Shown here one piece after another: positions 59,205-64,000 of a DNA stretch of 64,000 nucleotides. The notes under the pieces were generated by a model. It was not told the DNA's origin. It saw only the letters and a list, made by a program, of their open reading frames with translations, and searched no databases. This DNA comes from a virus: positions 1-64,000 of the IMG/VR virus record IMGVR_UViG_3300027983_000009; one strand, given 5' to 3'. The first letter of the stretch is position 1; every line of letters begins with the position of its first letter. A program made the position numbers and the translations under genes.

Positions 59205-59968
59205 TGTCAGACTCTGCAGTATTCGTAACGCAGCTCCTGGGATTGCAGGTAGTGCAAGCCGGGCTGCTTGAGTGTGCCCACAGCAGCGGTCCGCCGGTAG
59301 GTCAGACTGCTGACGGCCCTGTTGTGGGATTATTCCGTGTGCGGAGAGAGCTGGATGTGTCTCCGCAGGTTCAGAAGATTGCGGAGTCTGTATTGGACGG
59401 GGATAAGGATATCCGTATCGGCGGAATCCGCATTGTGATACCGGTTAGCAGGCAATACGTGTTTGCTACACCGCTGCCAGTATTCGTAGCAGCGGTAGGT
59501 ACTGAGTTCAACGTATCGATTAGTAAGCTGGAGCTGATCCGGGACGAGCAAACCTCACAACCTGCGATCCTGGTTACGACAGCTTCCAGCATCAAGCCAG
59601 ACTTGGTTGTGGTGCTGGCGGTGTTGCCGGAAAATAAACCGGATACTGAGCCGTCGGGTTTTGATATCTCACTGATCACCACCAAGTTGCTGCAAACCAA
59701 CCGTGTCCCTGCGCAGCATACTGCTGCAATCATTAAAGCGACCCAGCACGCCTGGCGGACAGGGATGGCAACCCAAACAGCTTCGAGGATGCTGCCCAAG
59801 ACAGGCAAGAAGGCATCACAGCACCAGCTTGAGGCTGCGGCTCGAGAGATAGTGAAACAGCTGGTAGATCAGCAGGTTGTCACGATGGGCCTATTTTTCT
59901 GGATGCGGCTGGGTTATTGGCTTCTCACTATTATCATGCTCCTTCTGGAGCAACCAGACAGCGACTAG
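59204..59968 (+). CDS. Hypothetical protein with C-terminal TM segment
   Basis: TAATG overlap. Confidence 0.55.
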   Translation: MSDSAVFVTQLLGLQVVQAGLLECAHSSGPPVGQTADGPVVGLFRVRRELDVSPQVQKIAESVLDGDKDIRIGGIRIVIPVSRQYVFATPLPVFVAAVGTEFNVSISKLELIRDEQTSQPAILVTTASSIKPDLVVVLAVLPENKPDTEPSGFDISLITTKLLQTNRVPAQHTAAIIKATQHAWRTGMATQTASRMLPKTGKKASQHQLEAAAREIVKQLVDQQVVTMGLFFWMRLGYWLLTIIMLLLEQPDSD

Positions 59969-60011
59969 ACCGTTGTGGTCTTGCAGTCGTTTTTGTTTTT
60001 TTGGCTGTTAC

Positions 60012-60079
60012 GCCTCTGCAGAGGCTTCGTGTCTGCAGCTGAAGAAATGAAGCCTCTGCAGAGGCTTTGTGTCTGCAGA
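60012..60079 (+). repeat. Two tandem pseudoknot repeats (60012, 60052)
   Basis: GCC TC TGCAGA GGC TTyGTG TCTGCA x2, 40-nt period. Confidence 0.7.
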
Positions 60080-60142
60080 GGCAGAGATACTGCGCCTGCG
60101 AATGGTGCATCATCAGTTCACTGTAGCTATGTAGGGAGTAAC

Positions 60143-61189
60143 ATGCAGCCACGACTGGACCGTATAGGTGATATCACCAGAGCAGCTGTCACGCAGCTGT
60201 TTATGCAACTGCTCAACCCGCAGCGGCGATACAGAGTGGCAGAGTTTGACTTTACTACGTACGACATTGCTAAGCCTGTAGTAGAGGCTGCGCAGTTCAT
60301 GCTATCTCAAACACTGACTCCGACAGAGATCGATACTGTGCGTAAGAAGTCAGTAGAGCTGTGGAAGAGATATGTGAGCATGACCGGAGTGGCTGAGTGG
60401 TGCGGAGAAGGAGCTGACGGCTCTACCCCGGAGAAGCTGATGATGCGGTGGGCTACAGACGCCCAGCAGCTGCTGGAAGCTGGCACACGCGAAGACTTAG
60501 CGGAAGCTAAGACGCACATGACACTGATACAGAACACGATTAAAGAGCTACAGCAGCAACGTGGTATTTCGGGCACACCAGTCAGCAGGCCACCAGCTAT
60601 ACAGCAGAGAAAGAGGAAGTAGTGTGAGCAGGCTTGTGCAACTACAGTCGGTGATTGGAGACTAAGCTATGTTAGCGTACGGAGCTAGAGTTATTGAGTT
60701 CATGGACGGCCCATTACAGGGCGAGTTTCACGAAGTAGAGAACGGCTTCCCGTGCCCGGATAGGATGTCCGTACCAGATGCGACAGCGAAGTGGGAATAC
60801 ATATACGACATAGATAGCAGTACAGGCAGAGCGACCTTCGTCAGCGAGGGTGTGCGCAGATAGCAGGAGACACAATGAGCGTCAAATACATCCGATACAC
60901 AGACGAGAAAACAGAGCCGGTAGCTCGCAAACCTATCAGCGTAGGTAAAGACCCGGCAGCACAGGGTTTCCTGAGGATGTTTGGTCAGCCGACCAAGCTA
61001 CCAGGTCAGGACGACGAGGGTTACGGCGGCAAGATCACCACAGACAAGATGGTCTACGTCAACCGTAGTGATACTAGCACCAATGGCAACGCTAGAGGCG
61101 GTCGCTGGTACCGCGTGTATGCAACTTGCTACGGCAATGCGACATCCTCTTGGGTGCTCATAGGAAAAACTCGGTACCACTTACGTTGA
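60143..61189 (+). other. Three hypothetical CDS (60143-60622, 60669-60863, 60875-61189)
   Basis: GGAG RBSs. Confidence 0.55.
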
Positions 61190-61218
61190 CCGCAGAGGCA
61201 GCAAACAGGACGTAGCGA

Positions 61219-61307
61219 TCTGCAGAAATGAAGCCTCTGCAGGGGCATGACTAGCACTGTACGCTGAACCTGTGGCGAGTCAACTGCACAGGTAAAAAAT
61301 TGTGTAA
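61219..61307 (-). promoter_or_regulatory. Antisense promoter + pseudoknot repeat cassette (copy 2)
   Basis: TTGACT-16-TACAGT, 9 nt, GCC CC TGCAGA GGC TTCATT TCTGCA GA. Confidence 0.65.
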
Positions 61308-61415
61308 CAGCACCACGGAATTTGAAGAGACAGCAAACAGAAAGCAGGAAAATCATGAAAGACCAGGACTACTACAAAGAGCTCTACCCAGTGATCCTAG
61401 ACCGTTGGTTTTTAC

Positions 61416-61463
61416 GCCTCTGCAGGGGCTTCGTGTCTGCAGCTTACGGCAATGCGACATCCT
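61416..61463 (+). ncRNA. Pseudoknot repeat + segment matching 61129-61148 behind TTG
   Basis: GCC TC TGCAGG GGC TTCGTG TCTGCA GC then TTACGGCAATGCGACATCCT (19/20). Confidence 0.45.
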
Positions 61464-61679
61464 CTTGGGTGCTCATTGGAAACATTCAGTACCACTTACG
61501 TTGACCGCAGAGGCAGCAACAATGGTTACGGGAAATAAGGTGACGGTTAAAGAAGAGCACAAGAAGACCAAACAGCCAGCAGCTGGATACAGTCGACCAC
61601 TTGGGGAGTCTTGTGCTGAGTGCGGGTTAATATTTGGACAGCACCGCCATAATTGCAGTAAACAGAAAGCAGGAAAATC

Positions 61680-62306
61680 ATGAAAGACTGGGACTACTAC
61701 ACCGAAACGGACGTTCGATTTTACGGATTCAAGGAAGAGAGTACTCTGTTTAGTGAGCGATTGCAGGCGATAGACGCAGCAAAACTAACAGCAGAGGAGC
61801 GAGAGACGGCCAAGAGAGAGCTGAAGCCGACGATTCGCCGAGAGTTTCGGGAATTAAATGCTCCGCACAGGGCGGCATTAAGACGCAAGCAAGACGAGTT
61901 CTGGGCAGACGCCCGGGAAGATTTGGGGTATACCGAGACCTTGTCGAAGGAAGCTGTAGCAGCCATGGAGAGCGAAGCCTGGGAGCAGGAGCACTCTGAT
62001 GGTTTCTCTGAAGTGTACATCGCACTGCAAGACTTGTGGGCTGTTGTTGAGGCGGCAGCGGCAGCGGCAGTTAAAGTCGCTACCGTGCCGGCTGAGACGG
62101 CAACCAAAAAACCGGAAAAGAATACGAGACAGATCCGCCAATTGCAAGACCTGACAACAGCGGTGATGATCTCGCTGAATCACAGTTCGTCGCCTAGGGT
62201 CGTTGGGATTGCTAGGGACACTGCTAGCAACACGCCGAATGTACTGCTCGCTACAGCTCAGGATGTACCTATCCGTATTACTGTAGATCTGCAGGTGGGG
62301 CTCTAA
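61680..62306 (+). CDS. Hypothetical protein
   Basis: AGGA RBS; F.AD...LG...AWEQ.HSDG..EV motif. Confidence 0.6.
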   Translation: MKDWDYYTETDVRFYGFKEESTLFSERLQAIDAAKLTAEERETAKRELKPTIRREFRELNAPHRAALRRKQDEFWADAREDLGYTETLSKEAVAAMESEAWEQEHSDGFSEVYIALQDLWAVVEAAAAAAVKVATVPAETATKKPEKNTRQIRQLQDLTTAVMISLNHSSSPRVVGIARDTASNTPNVLLATAQDVPIRITVDLQVGL

Positions 62307-62307
62307 G

Positions 62308-62526
62308 ATGGCCAGATTCACAATCGCAGAGCTGAAGGCTGGTACGTGCAGCATGACAGAGCTGGCTCGCGTGATAGATTTGAAATTGAGTAGATGGCCG
62401 GGGAATTGCGACTTTGTGGCGACGAAGCTGGTAGAGTACGGCCAATTACCGGGCCGCGTAGTGCGAGGTCACTACCATGGCCGAATATCATCTGCAGAAA
62501 TGAAGCCTCTGCAGAGGCATGCCTAG
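62308..62526 (+). pseudogene. Probably truncated gene running into the antisense cassette
   Basis: Last 12 codons are cassette sequence (SAEMKPLQRHA*). Confidence 0.4.
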
Positions 62527-62579
62527 CACTGTACGCTGAACTTGAGGCGAGTCAACTGCACAGGTAAAAAATTGTGTAA
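62491..62579 (-). promoter_or_regulatory. Antisense promoter + pseudoknot repeat cassette (copy 3)
   Basis: TTGACT-16-TACAGT, 9 nt, GCC TC TGCAGA GGC TTCATT TCTGCA GA. Confidence 0.65.
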
Positions 62580-62627
62580 AATCCCCCTAAACGCCTCAAT
62601 AGAGGCTGCTCGAACGAAAGGATAACT

Positions 62628-63937
62628 ATGACCAAGCAGGCGCCAGTATGGTTTGCGTTAATTGGAGGGGCCTATGAGATCTGCATTGCGTGCAGCGAGA
62701 CGCTGGCTGAAATAGAGAGTGCCCAGAAGGATGTTGTGACGGCCACCAGGATCGTCGAGACAACCCGAGAGTACGAGCGTGGTGAGAAAGTCACCCAGTA
62801 CACGTACACTGAAAAAGTGAGCAAACTACAGGCCGAGCCCGACGCCGTACCGAACCCGCCAGAGGAAGGGTAGTAAACTGTGCTGTGCCGTAACCAGCAG
62901 TGCGAAAGACTGCAACCAGATGCAATATACCGAGATGGTATGCTGCACACACCTATCCCCGAGGCTAGACGAGTTACGGGGGTAGTTGCTTATTTTCGGG
63001 AGATTGTTCGTCAGCACCAACAGTCAGCCAAGTGGGGTCGTACGGACTCCGCTGGCAGACTGGTGCACCTCATTTACCCAGATGGAGCCGACACATGAGT
63101 ACAGAGCAGCGATACGCAGAGATCCTCGGGACCAACGTTATCGAGATTCCGACCCACCCGAAGAGGGAGATACCAAGTTGGGTGACCCCCATCAGCAGCA
63201 TGGGGTACATTATGGCGAGACTCGCCGTGGTGCAGCAGCTTATCGCCGCACTGAGGAAACTGTTGCCGGATACAAGTATGGATTACGTTACACCAATCTG
63301 GGTACACCCTATTGATGAGGCCGTGGCCACACCAGAATTCCGACCTGTTGTGTGGGGCAACTGCAGCCATCCACTGTTGGCTATCCCTGATGTCAGGGTA
63401 CTGACGCACCACATACAGAGAGCACCACAATTCCAAGCAGAGATAGCGGCAGTGTACAGCGAGTTGTGGGGGAGCGTGCTGCAGCTAAACTCCGAGGCTT
63501 TTACTCATCGAGACATTGTCGCGGACTGTGTTAAAACAGTTATGTCAATCCGCATGGGCCGCACGCAGGTCAGGCCGGTCAGGTTGTCATCCTCCCGCTG
63601 GGTGTTCGATTGCCACAGTCCCGACCTGGAGTGTCAGTTAACGGAGTTTCTGCTGTTTGCAGTGATCGGAATGTCGCGGGAGATAAATAAGGTAATGCGT
63701 GACAAGCTGCGGTCAGCGGAGCCCGGCGACGTTGCGCATGTCAGCTACGAGGTGCCGCAGCTTGAGTTTCAGCTATCGCAGCACATGTTGTCTATAGTCA
63801 GCACCACCCACCTTGTTGTAGTCGTTGTGCCGGAAGACGTCCCGTCGCCGCTGTATGTGTACGCTCCAGACTCTACGCCAGACGGCACGCTGCATTTCTT
63901 CAGTATCGACGGCAATAGCATCGACTACGACAAGTAG
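62628..63937 (+). other. Three hypothetical CDS (62628-62873, 62880-63098, 63095-63937)
   Basis: RBS and ATGA overlaps. Confidence 0.55.
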
Positions 63938-63957
63938 GACCTTGTGAGGTGAGCCGT

Positions 63958-63990
63958 ACTGCCGTAGTCATCTGCGGCAGTTTTTTATTT
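63958..63990 (+). terminator. Intrinsic terminator
   Basis: ACTGCCGTAG tcat CTGCGGCAGT + T-run. Confidence 0.65.
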
Positions 63991-64000
63991 ATACTGCCAC

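Noticed and set aside
62541-62572. Plus-strand promoter TTGAGG-17-TAAAAA inside the cassette
   Set aside because: -35 not conserved in the 61.2-kb copy and -10 lacks the final T; the minus-strand promoter is conserved in all three copies

Overview
This is a 64-kb, almost entirely plus-strand segment of a large tailed-phage genome. A Planctomycete-type host is inferred from the lipoprotein/papain module. The left part (~0.5-31 kb) carries core-like genes: a RecA/UvsX-like recombinase, a degenerate DEDDh exonuclease, a RuvC-like resolvase, a probable portal, three glycosyltransferases, DUF3310 and ThyX. The right part (~31-64 kb) is an accessory region of small ORFs, a repeat-expanded DUF6745-like protein, a tandem array of Gly-rich mini-genes and a holin-like/lipoprotein/cysteine-protease module. 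The main discovery is at 49810-51801: a Cas12m-like (type V-M) effector with an inactivated RuvC site and no cas1/cas2 or canonical CRISPR array. Instead, about 22 copies (plus 3 degenerate ones) of a ~26-nt pseudoknot motif with Cas12m crRNA-repeat architecture are scattered through intergenic DNA, and both stems show compensatory base changes. Three copies lie in antisense promoter+repeat cassettes and five form a degenerate array at 29.7-30.1 kb. Two copies are followed, in register, by 20-mers that match phage genes next to a TTN PAM. This suggests a dispersed-guide, RNA-guided regulatory (or mRNA-processing) system. All family assignments come from motif recognition by eye; no database searches were run.
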